Source of the DNA: Catajapyx aquilonaris
Lineage: Eukaryota
DNA length: 20,000 nt
Direction of reading: 5' to 3'
Assembly (NCBI GenBank): GCA_000934665.2
Contig: KZ538389.1
Span: 55,726-75,725, forward strand
The position numbers and the translations under genes are program-made. Shown one piece after another: positions 10,070-20,000 of the stretch. The notes under the pieces are model-generated. The model was given only the letters and a program-made list of their open reading frames with translations. It was not told where the DNA came from and did no database searches. Each line of letters begins with the position of its first letter. Positions within the stretch are counted from its first letter, which is position 1.

Positions 10070-10233
10070 ATCATGAGCCCTGGCCTGCTTCTTGCAATTA
10101 AATCATTATGGAAAATGACCCCCCATGTCTGCTGCTGCAAGTGGTGGTAGTATGCATCCCAGGAAGAGTTTGACATTCCAGTCACTAAATTTGTTGCGCT
10201 CTAACTTATTTCAAATCATTCTAATCCATCCAA

Positions 10234-10278
10234 ACTGCGTGCTACTATAGGATGCCACATCCTATAGTAGCACGCAGT
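10234..10278. repeat. Perfect 21-bp inverted repeat, 3-nt loop
   Basis: actgcgtgctactataggatg-cca-catcctatagtagcacgcagt. Confidence 0.95.
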
Positions 10279-10429
10279 ACATTGAACAGTGGCAGAATTC
10301 ACTTCCGGTAGGTCTTGACTTCAATCCATTTATAAATAGTGTCCTTCTTTGAGGTAATGAAAAGTGTTCAAGTACTTGAAAGTGAACCTACGTAAAATAG
10401 AAAATAAATCTCATTGACAACTGACATTT

Positions 10430-12196
10430 GGGCAAAAGCATCAGATACTTTATTTTCCTGCCCATGTTATATAAGTTGGGTGCATAACAAGCATTTAGGA
10501 CATATGACAACTAAGCCATGCAAAATAACACATCACACTATGTGGAACCAGAAATGGGACAAGCTTCAAATTAAACATCTGATCCACTGAAGAAAACAGT
10601 ACATAAGTACCGCTAATTAATACTAGCTGCTACTACAAAAAGACAAAAATAGTTCTTGCACAACAGTTAAAAGCACACAATTCTATTTGGACCACGTACA
10701 TCATGGAATGGAAAAATGCAGATGGAAGTGTGCTTCAACTGCAGCTGATAAATGCATCTGTACAACAAAAAATAAATTGAAAGGAGCCAATTCACACCCC
10801 ACATTACACACCATTAAATTTCGTGGTGTACTTGAGCACTCAATCAAAATCGGCTTCCTTCATACTTCCTAAATAAATACGAGCAGAGTTATGTCAGCAA
10901 TATATATCTTCTAAAATATAATATATAATCTATGAACAACATGGAATAAAGACTCTAAAAGACATGTGCGTCACTCAATATAACTCTAAACTCCACTACT
11001 GTAATTCATTGAGCATTCGTGTAATGACGGAGGGGAAATACACTGCCTAAATTTCTAACCACATAAATACTATACACTTACAGTACTTGGACCTCGCTGT
11101 TTTGTCATTTTTCCCATACCAAGAATCATCAATAGTCGTGTGTGACATATGCACAGTCTCAAACATATCATTTAAGTACACCTCTGGCAATTGTTGCTGC
11201 TAAAAATATGTCTGCTAATATATACCTGCAATTTGGCCTGGTTTGTAATTTCACATGAAACTGGAATGCAGTACCTTGCATGAAAATATTTGAACAGAGG
11301 GCACAAAGTTGTGGAAAATGCCCCATAAGAGTAGGAAGACATAATTGTGTTTCTTGTTAATTATAGCAAAATACACTCTACTCTTTTCTGCCTATCAAAC
11401 CATTAATCCTATATAACACATCTCCTCAAGAGGCACTACGTTCCAGTAGAAAAGGTCAGCATATATAAATATATATATATGTAGACACTGACATCAGGTA
11501 CCTCAAGATAAAAAGTTTTCCTGCCTGCTGAATGTAGCATTTGCACACTCACATAGTGATTAGCTCAATTTTTTTCTACTAGTTTTCACATTTCCATAAT
11601 AAATCAGTTCTTCCCAACCTTGTCACTTCTTGCTTGTCTCTACTAGTCCCAAAACAGTTTCTCTAAAAAATAGCACTCTTGTCTTTTTGTTATTTTAGTC
11701 CACCACTCAATATTCATCAAGCCTGGAAATATGACGGCAAGGATTCTGAGGCACAAAGTTATACAAAATGTTGGACAATGTGTGCGTCACAAACTTGAGA
11801 TTTTTCTTGGTTCCTTGACTATCCAGTTAGCCTGAACTGAAACTGATTTTTCAGTTACTTGTCAGTGCATGCAAATATTCCAAGTATGTACAACTAAATA
11901 ATCCACAAAGCTCAATACATACACTAAAACAAGAATACACTCTCAAGGAGAAGGGGAACACTCAAAAAAACTGTGAAATGTATTGGCCACTAACACTGTT
12001 GCAAAATAGTCTTTTGGCAAACCTTTCCTCATTGCAATAATCCTTTGGGGTGGGGGGTATAAACACATACACACTTATCTCTACACACATGCTGTGAAAA
12101 GTCCCACAACAATGGTATTGGCAGTGCTGGTTCTCCTCTCCTTTATCAAGATCAGGAAGCAACAATCATCTCCACAAATGTATCTTTCCTGCAGAA
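10430..12196 (-). other. CrebA: Predicted terminal (3'UTR) exon of CrebA
   Basis: Tandem acceptors tttaatttttgcag|ttctgcag| (exon start 12196 or 12188), then a 1.75-kb AT-rich stretch with no recognisable TE that ends at AATAAA (10454-10449, minus) followed by U/GU-rich sequence. Confidence 0.55.
10449..10454 (-). promoter_or_regulatory. Candidate poly(A) signal of CrebA
   Basis: tttatt on + is AATAAA on -, with U-rich sequence downstream on the minus strand. Confidence 0.55.
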
Positions 12197-12438
12197 CTGC
12201 AAAAATTAAAGCCATTAGTACAACTGATCCAGCTGCAGAATATCAAGAATATGTCAAAGCACAAAATTGAGCAATAAGAATTCTCGAGCAAAAGCATGCA
12301 AATCCAATAATACCAAATTTCACACAAGTGGACTATGCACATATTTACAGTCATTGTGACCCATGTGTAGTGCTTCAAGCGAAACTCCTATCAGCATGCC
12401 AGTGTTGCACAAGGAAATAAACAACTACTGTGGGGTAA

Positions 12439-12621
12439 AGGCAGTTTCACACGGGCAGTTGCAGCCCGGTTGCAGCCGCAGTTGGAGTCGGAGTTGGACT
12501 CCACCCGCCAATGAGCGCGAGGCGGCAGCTGTCGCAGTCGCACCGCACAAAAGTTGGAGGGGCCAGTCTTTTGAAATCTTGCAACTCCAACGCGGCTGCA
12601 ACTGCCCGTGTGAAATAGCCT
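12439..12621. mobile_element. PIF/Harbinger (Tourist-like) MITE, TAA TSD
   Basis: TAA|aggcagtttcacacgggcagttgcagcc ... ggctgcaactgcccgtgtgaaatagcct|TAA. Confidence 0.88.
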
Positions 12622-12802
12622 TAAGCCAGTGGTATTAACTCTTTTTGTGGTTTCGAAAAACATTGCATCTGCAGAGAGTGGTAAGTGCGAGTTTCTGGGT
12701 GGGTTGCCTATATGTGCAGATGTTGTGTGTTTTAATACGTGAGTGGATCCTGCAAGTCTTTTTGTCCTTCCACACAAGGCATTAATGTTGGCATTAGTAG
12801 TA

Positions 12803-13536
12803 CAGTGAAACCTGTGCATAGCTGAATTGCACGGGACCCCAAAATTTTCCGTCATGGACAGGTTTCCGCTATAACCAGATCAAGGACGTTACTATTTTTT
12901 TTTGCCCTGAAGAGAGGAAAATGGGGCAAGCAAAAATAAGCACCTTACCTCAATATGGTGCAAAATTATTCTTTTGCCTGCTCCATTGGACCACCAGCCC
13001 AGTCTCAGGCAATATTTTGAACCTGTGTCAACCCCCTTCCTCTTCCCTGACATTTTAAAACCGGACTGAACCGTGAACTAAAAGCCACCTATGAATCACA
13101 TGAGTCACATCTCCTTGACCCGTCCCACACGCGGTTTTTCGAGTATCCCAACCAAAAATAGGCCCCTTTCCTCACCCTTTATCTTCAAGGCCACGGGACA
13201 GTAGCAATTATTCCAGCAATTATATTATGATACACACAGACACAGGCGGTCCAAAAAGGGTTACTCAGAGGCCTCCTGAGAGGGCCAATGGGGAACTCAG
13301 CTGTAGTTTCTATTTTTGTGACCCGTAAGAGATAACGTGAGCCTTTTGATTTCCGTTATGAACAGGGATTTTCTTTGAAGGGAAACAAAAATCCCTTCCA
13401 TTTCCGCATTGGGCAGGTTCCGTTATATCCGTCAAAAATACATTGCATGCCCTATGCACGTGCCCGTTCCCGGAATAAATTCCGCAATGGACAGGTTTCC
13501 GTTATACCCAGGGTCCGTTATTGGCAGGTTTCACTG
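12803..13536. mobile_element. pogo/Tigger-like (Tc1/mariner) non-autonomous element, TA TSD
   Basis: TA|cagtgaaacctg ... caggtttcactg|TA, with repeated subterminal motifs ttccg(t/c)tata and atggacaggtttccg at both ends. Confidence 0.85.
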
Positions 13537-13698
13537 TAGTTGAAAAACTTAATCCACAGTATGTAATTTTTAAGAAAATACTAAAAGAATGAAATTTGCC
13601 CTTCTTTATATTTGTCCAACAGGTTCCACAGGATATACCAACCCTCTGGTTGCTCTCATTTCATTCCAGCATGACACAACATGCACAGTAATAAGGTA

Positions 13699-13858
13699 CA
13701 GTGTTGGTCATATTATATCGAGGCAACCGCCAGCGACATTTTCCGAAGCGGCAGAAGGAATCTTGCTCGCCCGGCTTGAAGTATCTTGATCTTCGATTCC
13801 TTCTTTTGCTGCTTCGGAAAATGTCGCTGGCAGTTGCCTCGATATATGACCAACACTG
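13699..13858. mobile_element. 160-bp palindromic MITE (CAGTG termini, TA TSD)
   Basis: TA|cagtgttggtcata...cagcgacattttccgaagc is mirrored by gcttcggaaaatgtcgctg...tatgaccaacactg|TA. Confidence 0.88.
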
Positions 13859-13860
13859 TA

Positions 13861-14801
13861 CCTTACCCAAATACCGTAGTTTATGAGCGCCCCAAAAAAG
13901 TGGAGGGGTGGGGTTGTAAACAAAATGTGATAAAAAATCTCTGTTAAGATTACCTGGACTTTAGAATAGATAATTATGAAGCGTAACATTGTAGTTAGGG
14001 GGACACCAAAGTTGAGATTGATTTGACAGTTAACAACTGACATAAATATAATTACACTTGGACAGTGAATTTCCGTGGGGTCTGGGAATAATTGCTGTCA
14101 CTACATTAATTTGTTACGTAGCTGGACATTAATTTTAATAATCAACCTGAGGGGGCCGCACAAACCTGAAGACAGCGTTAAAATTAATTACAAAAAATCC
14201 ACCACGGAATTTTAAACTGTTTATCACGGCTTGCAGATGTCGAATTTTTTGTGCATTTTTGAATGCAGGGATTTTAAAAGCCATTTCACATTCATTCAAT
14301 TGAAATTTTTCGTCATAGCACATTGGACTGAGGTCTACATACACAATGTCTCATCACATTTTAATTGATTAACAAATAACAAAGTTAAATGTAGTTCAGC
14401 AAAGTGTAGCAATTTCTGAAAACGTACACGAGATATGAACATTTTTAATTCAGTGACAAATTTTTTGTAATAAATTTCAATGCAGTTTTTGGGTTTGTGT
14501 GGCCCCTCAGATTCGTCATGAAAATTAATGTGTCCTTTCTACGTAACAAATTAATGTAGTGACAGCAATTATTACCAGACCCCACAGAAATTCCCTGTCC
14601 AAAGTGTTATCATTTTTGTTTCAGTTGTTAACTGTCAAATTGACTTTAACTTTAGTGCCATCCTAGCTCCATTGTTACCATTAATAATTATCAATTCTAA
14701 AGTCCAGATAATCTTAACGGAGATTTTTTAATCACATTTTGTTTACTACCCCACCGCTCCACTTTTTTGGGGTGCGTGTAAACTACGGGATTTGGGTAAG
14801 G
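13861..14801. mobile_element. 941-bp fold-back element with about 370-bp inverted arms, TA-flanked
   Basis: TA|ccttacccaaataccgtagttt ... aaactacgggatttgggtaagg|TA. Arms can be followed to about 14230 and 14430 (e.g. ttgctgtcactacattaatttgttacgtag / ctacgtaacaaattaatgtagtgacagcaa). Confidence 0.88.
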
Positions 14802-15159
14802 TATGAAGGTATCTTGATGTTCCAGCACTGTTCCAGAGACAGTCATGTGAAACTGGTATTTTGATGCAATTAGTACTGTCTATTAGATTGTATAATCTAG
14901 GTTTGTGCTCAAGCATACTCTTACACTGATTGTAATTTGTTTGGACATGGCATACAATACCATTCATCCATTATATTTTTTAAAAATTTGTTCATTAGGC
15001 TGTCTCAGTATAACCTGCATTGGTGGAACCCGCATAAGACAGCTTCCAACTCAACTTTCATTGCCCAATTATGATACACAATAACAAATTATATTTCATT
15101 AAATCAGCTATCTTTTTACTAATCTTTGAGGGCTACTTCTAACTTGACCTGAGCTATAT

Positions 15160-16041
15160 CCTCCTGAGACCTGAGAAGAATTTTTTAACGCAATGTCAGT
15201 TCCTATTGCATTTTCTGAACATGTTCCCAATAAGAAATGAGAAAAAAAATTTAGTTTTAAAATATAGACAAAAAATGGCGACAAACAACCAATGAGTAGC
15301 CCACATTAGGTGCTACAAAAGCAGAACGTATGAAAGCTGAAGATTTAAATACCACTTAATGGATCACTAACATAGTGCTCTATCCTCAAAACAATGTTTT
15401 TTAAATTCATTTGTGGAATTTGTGGTAGTAATTCCTTTCAGAAGACAATTAAAGATAAATGAAATTATTTTTGAACGCCTCCACTCCAGGGATGGGGCTT
15501 GCTCCTTCCCTTCTTACCCGCTAGAGTGGTACCTTGCTATTCTAGATTTTAAAACTGAACTGCATAGTGCAAAGCCCACTTCCTTAAGGGTGTATAGGTA
15601 CAGGCACTTAAAGAAAAGTCACACCCATTCAGCTAAAAATGCCATTTTTCAGATGCCCATTTAAATGGGCATTTGGTCTCAGGAAGAAAAGAAAATTACC
15701 AGTTCTCTACAGCAACAAAGATTGTCACAGAATCATCTTTTCGCAGTTCCTAAGACACATTCCTTGCGAATCCCAGGACATTCACTGCATTGCGAAAATC
15801 GCATTCTAAATATGAGTAAAAAAATAAAACTGATCAGATGAGCGCCTAGCTTCAGCAGCGGAATCCGCCATTTTGTCCGCGATTTAATTTTCGTGGCCCA
15901 AGCCAGATATTCGACGCTAGGTGGCTACACCTATTGAGGCCAGATTGTAACCATGGGATACCAGCATATTACAGTTCTGTTGGCATCACTGGTTGGCGCC
16001 AAAACAATCTTTTGCTGATGTCGACACCAGGTCTCAGGAGG
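15160..16041. mobile_element. Non-autonomous TIR element, piggyBac-like (CC..GG termini, degenerate TTAA)
   Basis: atat|cctcctgagacctg ... caggtctcaggagg|ttat (14-bp TIR), plus an internal copy of the right end at 15675-15684. Confidence 0.6.
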
Positions 16042-16417
16042 TTATAGTTTAAAATCTTCCAATCATTACACAGTCATGATTATTATGGCGAATGTTGCTG
16101 GTTGCATATGAAATGCTTGATTAACAAATTGTTACACGATTTCAGAACAATTACACCTTCGATCTCACCTGTAATCAATATCCTCAGGCTTGAAAAACGT
16201 TATACGTGTATAAGTGCATGTGGAAGACTAGCAATGAGCTAACTAAATGTAGACAAAAAGTATGGCACCAGCACCTGGAATCAACAAAAGCAACATAAAT
16301 CAAATATACCCAAAAAACATGTCAAATTTTAAAAAATATGGAATAATTGACTCACCAAGCAGAAAGGTTCACCATTTACAAACATAAAAAAGGTTGCCAA
16401 GTATACATATTTTAAGT

Positions 16418-16482
16418 CTATTGGGACATTACTATAACTTCATAGCATTCATTCCCACCAGGGACGGTTTGGGTGGTTTTAG
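16418..16482 (-). CDS. CrebA: Predicted last coding exon of CrebA (AKTTQTVPGGNECYEVIVMSQ*); exon continues as UTR to 16356
   Basis: Strong acceptor tttttcattacag (AG ending at 16483), phase-1 compatible, TAG at 16420-16418, and consensus donor G|gtgagt at 16355. Based on splice signals only. Confidence 0.6.
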
Positions 16483-17033
16483 CTGTAATGAAAAATAATT
16501 CGAGAAATAAATATCTAATAACAATTTCATGCTACTGCTACTATTCAAGCTGTATGTACTAACATGAGAAAAAGGTTTGTGCTCATCAGGTTGCGGGTAA
16601 TATTTTAGCATTAAGGTGCTTATTATCAGCAGCCATTTTAGAACATTGATTTGTAGGGTCTATAAAAATAGCTGTTAATGCTAGGTATCAAAGAGAGTAT
16701 GTAGGAGTCACATATGAATGTGTCTGCAAACAGTACACACAATGGTTTTTATTATACAAGGTTGTCTACATTTGGTTCGAAGTAGATTCTCAAAATATCT
16801 GCTTTAGAAAATAATATCCATCATGGGTACATTATGCATGAATTGAGTATGTCATTATCAAAACCAGCATGCCCTTTTCATAACGAATCTTTCAGAAAAC
16901 GCGAACTTCAGATTTAGAGTCTTTTCACAGTCCAGATTTTCAAACGTCATCCTAAACAGTGAATATTTAAACAATTTATTGCCTATTTCTGTTGTTCATA
17001 AGAGCCCTCTGCTACTCTTGGAGCACTTCTTAA

Positions 17034-17624
17034 CCCTTGGATGGTGACGTGGTCACTTGTTGTGACCAACGCCACTTTTTTTTGCTATAATATGGAAAAT
17101 ATAGCACATTTGAGCTTTACCTTGAGAACATCTTCATTTGATTCCTCCCGCAGAAAATTGCATTCAGTTAAAAAATTTTGAGCATATAGCACGATCAGGA
17201 AAAAGTAAATTAGGCACCGATGCGTAGTTGCAGCTCAGACTGCATTCAAAGAATTATTCACTCTCTGGAGGGTTTTCGCTTTCCGGAGGGGGTCCTGAGC
17301 TATCAGTTGTAGTGATTCATGAACAATTACCGTATTCTAAAAGAAAGCCAACCCTTCCCGAGACTTCAAAAAATAGATAAATAATAAAGAAATAAACCTC
17401 TGATTCGATCTGAATGTGGGCTCTCGAACGCGGAGACATTTTGGCCCAACTACGGATCACAGCATAATTAATTTTTTTCTAATCATACTATTTGCTCAAA
17501 AAATGTAACCTAAAAGTCATTTACTGTGGAAGGAATCAACCCAAGACTGTCCCAAAGTTGAAGCCCAAATTTGCTACGTTTCCCATGTTATAACAAAAAA
17601 TGTGACTTGGTCACCATAGCAGGG
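17034..17624. mobile_element. piggyBac MITE, TTAA TSD
   Basis: TTAA|cccttggatggtgac ... gtcaccatagcaggg|TTAA, with about 100 bp of imperfect subterminal inverted arms. Confidence 0.88.
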
Positions 17625-18095
17625 TTAAGGCAAGTCATCATCTTTACACAGCTGCTGTCAGACTTCCCCTTCACCTTTTGACTAACTGCCTGATGTTATG
17701 AGTACTATGAAAGCCTGCAACTACCCATATTGAAAGGCATCCCAAACAGCTAGTTTCAACAATTTTTTTTGCAAAATTATCATTATCATTTGATCACGAT
17801 ATGTATAAGACTGGGTAGAGATACGAAACAACACACAGGTCATCATGGAAAAAGCTCAAGTATTCTAATTTTACAATGCATGCAATGATTCTGCTCCAAT
17901 CTCCCTAACCAGGTTTTCAGTTCCATCAAAAACATATTCAAAATATTATGATTTAAAAATGAAACGATGCAACAGCACAAACTACGTATACCATCAAGGA
18001 GAAAATTACAGTGAAGGTCTCAAGTACTCAATAGTACTTGAAAATTCTAATGTACGTAATGTCTATTTGGTATAAATAATAAAATGGTGTCACAC

Positions 18096-18330
18096 CTTCT
18101 GCCGTTAGGGTCTGTGTCTCAACTGTTCTGTTGTTCCTGAGAGAATTGTTAGCTGACTCTCCAAGAACAGCTTGCAACTTCTGGATCTGACTTAGTAAGC
18201 TAGCGTTGCTGCTCTCAAGAGAAGAAAGCCTCTTCCTGTAGTCATCATTCTCATTAGAAAGGCTCTCAACTTTCTTTTCCAAGGCATCCATGTATTCTTT
18301 CTTCTTCCTTCGACTCTCCTGGGCAGAAAT
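18096..18330 (-). CDS. CrebA: CrebA/CREB3L bZIP exon: ISAQESRRKKKEYMDALEKKVESLSNENDDYRKRLSSLESSNASLLSQIQKLQAVL...RTVETQTLTAE
   Basis: Acceptor cag at 18331-18333 (minus), in frame with the previous exon (KNK|ISAQESRRKKKEY), followed by heptad leucines. The probable donor G|gtgtga is at 18095 (phase 1). Confidence 0.92.
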
Positions 18331-18428
18331 CTGTTATGGTAGGATAGTAATATGAATGAATATACATGCTTGTGTCATAAATGCATAGTGCTTCCTTCAT
18401 GTCAACCTTATAATAATTGATAGCTCAC

Positions 18429-18572
18429 CTTGTTTTTTATTTTTCTGCGAATTTTCTTAAGGGACTTTTCCTCTGCTTTTGTGAGAGGTAGCCTTGTTGG
18501 GATAGGGTATCCCTCTGCTAAAAGTGTTCTCTTTTCCTCTTCTGTCAGGATGAGCATGCCTGTCGAGCCCTT
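18429..18572 (-). CDS. CrebA: CrebA/CREB3L-family bZIP exon: ATB (adjacent-to-bZIP) region and basic region ([48 protein letters not shown])
   Basis: 144-nt phase-0 exon between acceptor (minus strand ...gtttcag, 18573-18575) and donor gtgag (18428). [17 protein letters not shown]...[21 protein letters not shown] is the CREB3L1/L2/CrebA signature. Absent from the ORF track. Confidence 0.95.
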
Positions 18573-18746
18573 CTGAAACGTTGCAAATCCAATCAGTCAA
18601 TAAATTTCACAAGACCCACATTTTTAAAAAATGTGAAGCATTCCACATGATAATCCACATTACAACCAATGGCAGGTTTAACAGCCCTGAACATGCAGTG
18701 GTTGCTTAGGGAGTAGGATATGAGTGTCCCAATGGTTACTATGCAT

Positions 18747-19071
18747 GGTGGTAGGGGGTGCATATGGAAGAAGTATGGCATGGGTCTGAAAGGCTGGTGA
18801 TGACATTGACATTGAGGTTGTCTATCCTGACATGAATGGATAGCCCAGTATGACCATACATGCCTTCATCTGTGGTTGCAAGGGCCAGGGGCTTGCAATC
18901 CTCAACCATTGCTCAACCGGCCTGGCCCTGGCAACCAAAGATGAAGGCATGCACAGGGGTACCTACAGTTGTCAGGATAGTCTTTTTCAATGGTCGATAA
19001 CTCAATGACAGAGCATCGCTGGCCTTTTCAACCCCCATGCCATGCTTCTTCCATACACACCCCCTACCACC
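18747..19071. mobile_element. Degenerate fold-back element, about 150-bp arms, unclassified
   Basis: ggtggtagggggtgcatatggaagaagtatggcatggg...catgccttcatc..ggttgcaagggccagg is mirrored by cctggccctggcaacc..gatgaaggcatg...cccatgccatgcttcttccatacacaccccctaccacc. Confidence 0.8.
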
Positions 19072-19158
19072 TGTCATTTTGGCAGATGAATTCACATGGT
19101 ACACCCTGTGTGCACAACAGTCAAATTATCTCCAGATATTCCAAAACTACACAAAATA

Positions 19159-19300
19159 CGAGGGTGAATCAGAAAGTAATTGAAAACTTTTTTAATTCAG
19201 AAGTTTCACTAGAGAAACTGAAACTGAGATATACAGGGTGGACGGAAAGTTTCGGACCCCCCCCCCCACCCNCCCCCCCAGGTTTTTTAACCCTACTTTT
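19159..19300 (+). mobile_element. Left end of a mariner-type element (TA|CGAGGGTG, 19159) interrupted by the left end of a second Tc1/mariner element (TA|CAGGGTG, 19234)
   Basis: Terminal motifs after TA only. The partner TIRs are not in the window. Confidence 0.5.
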
Positions 19301-19562
19301 CACAGCGTCTTTTCACATCTTTTAAAATTCCACAAGCAGTTGTACACTATCTTTTGAAGCATAATCTTGAGAACATCTGAGCACCCTCGCTCTCGCAATT
19401 CCATTAATAACTTCCCCTCTGTGACTCATCTAAACATCCAATCTGTTTTGCGTTTATTTTGCTTGTTGCCTTGGAGGACCCCTGGTCATATTCTGCGTCA
19501 GATAAGGTTTTTATGACCCTTGTCCATGAGTTCCCCTTCATGCAAATGTTGTGAACTCACTC

Positions 19563-19924
19563 CTGACCTTATTTTTCGCATTGGTCCATAACCTGGTCCA
19601 ATAAAAATTTGAAAAGGAATGCATTAAATGGCGGACCCGGATGCATTACTTTCGAATTGGTACCATCACATTTGTCTCCACTTTTACTTTAAAATAATTT
19701 TTTGGTGCGAAAGGACGTGAACGAAAGAATGTGTCATGTTTATCAATTTACCAAGGTAGGACTGTTTACTGTCCTGTCTCACCAAAAAATTATTATAAAG
19801 TAAAAATGGAGACAAATGTGATGGTACCAATTCGAAAGTAATGCATCCGGGTCCGCCATTTAATGCATTCCTTTTCAAATTTTTATTGGACCAGGTTATG
19901 GACCAATGCGAAAAATAAGGTCAG
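19563..19924. mobile_element. Young fold-back element, about 154-bp arms, outer 118 bp identical
   Basis: 19563-19680 is the exact reverse complement of 19807-19924. Arms continue with few mismatches to about 19716 and 19771. Confidence 0.92.
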
Positions 19925-20000
19925 TAGTGTTCCTCGCTCCCTATCCCTTCCCTGTCCCTGCACCGGTGAGATTGAAAAGTATAGAAAATGGAGGAGATCT

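Noticed and set aside
12363..12855. ORFs of 91 and 154 aa on opposite strands
   Set aside because: They span the GC-rich Harbinger MITE and have no protein signature.
13589..14043. Similar peptides on both strands (IRYSVGHIISRQPPATFSEAA / VRYSVGHISRQLPATFSEAA)
   Set aside because: An artefact of translating the two arms of a palindromic MITE.
17045..17052. TGACGTGG (CREB3/CrebA-type site) in a CrebA intron as an autoregulatory element
   Set aside because: A single 8-mer inside a piggyBac terminus, not preserved in the other arm, and indistinguishable from chance.
18028..18095. ORF-track C-terminus GVTPFYYLYQIDITYIRIFKYY as the CREB3-type transmembrane segment
   Set aside because: It follows a plausible donor (G|gtgtga), is AT-rich and intron-like, and contains D, R and K, so it is not a TM helix. 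Intron retention cannot be excluded.
19257..19279. Poly-C tract containing an N
   Set aside because: An ambiguous base in a homopolymer, which is a sequencing quality issue rather than biology.

Overview
Eukaryotic, intron-containing and TE-rich DNA, probably from an arthropod (inference). It holds the 3' ends of two convergent genes. On the + strand are the last four coding exons of a diacylglycerol kinase zeta/iota (rdgA-like; ankyrin repeats, C-terminus ...EDLETEV*), with a 3'UTR to about 7225. On the - strand are the bZIP and C-terminal exons of a CrebA/CREB3L-type transcription factor with no transmembrane segment, and a probable 3'UTR from about 12196 to 10430. The introns and the intergenic gap are packed with non-autonomous elements: a Helitron, Tc1/mariner, pogo-like, PIF/Harbinger, hAT-like and piggyBac MITEs, unclassified fold-backs and tRNA-derived SINEs. 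Both predicted 3'UTRs lack recognisable elements. I see no prokaryote-style novel system (no CRISPR, operon or intact transposase). The most interesting signals are: tandem TQT (LC8-type) motifs after the CrebA leucine zipper, one of them on a stop-containing exon upstream of a 3'UTR intron; two different SINEs inserted at the same 13-bp target; two unrelated perfect hairpins just downstream of each gene's poly(A) signal; and a mariner fold-back that retains its DNA-binding domain in the loop. All calls were made by eye, with no database search.
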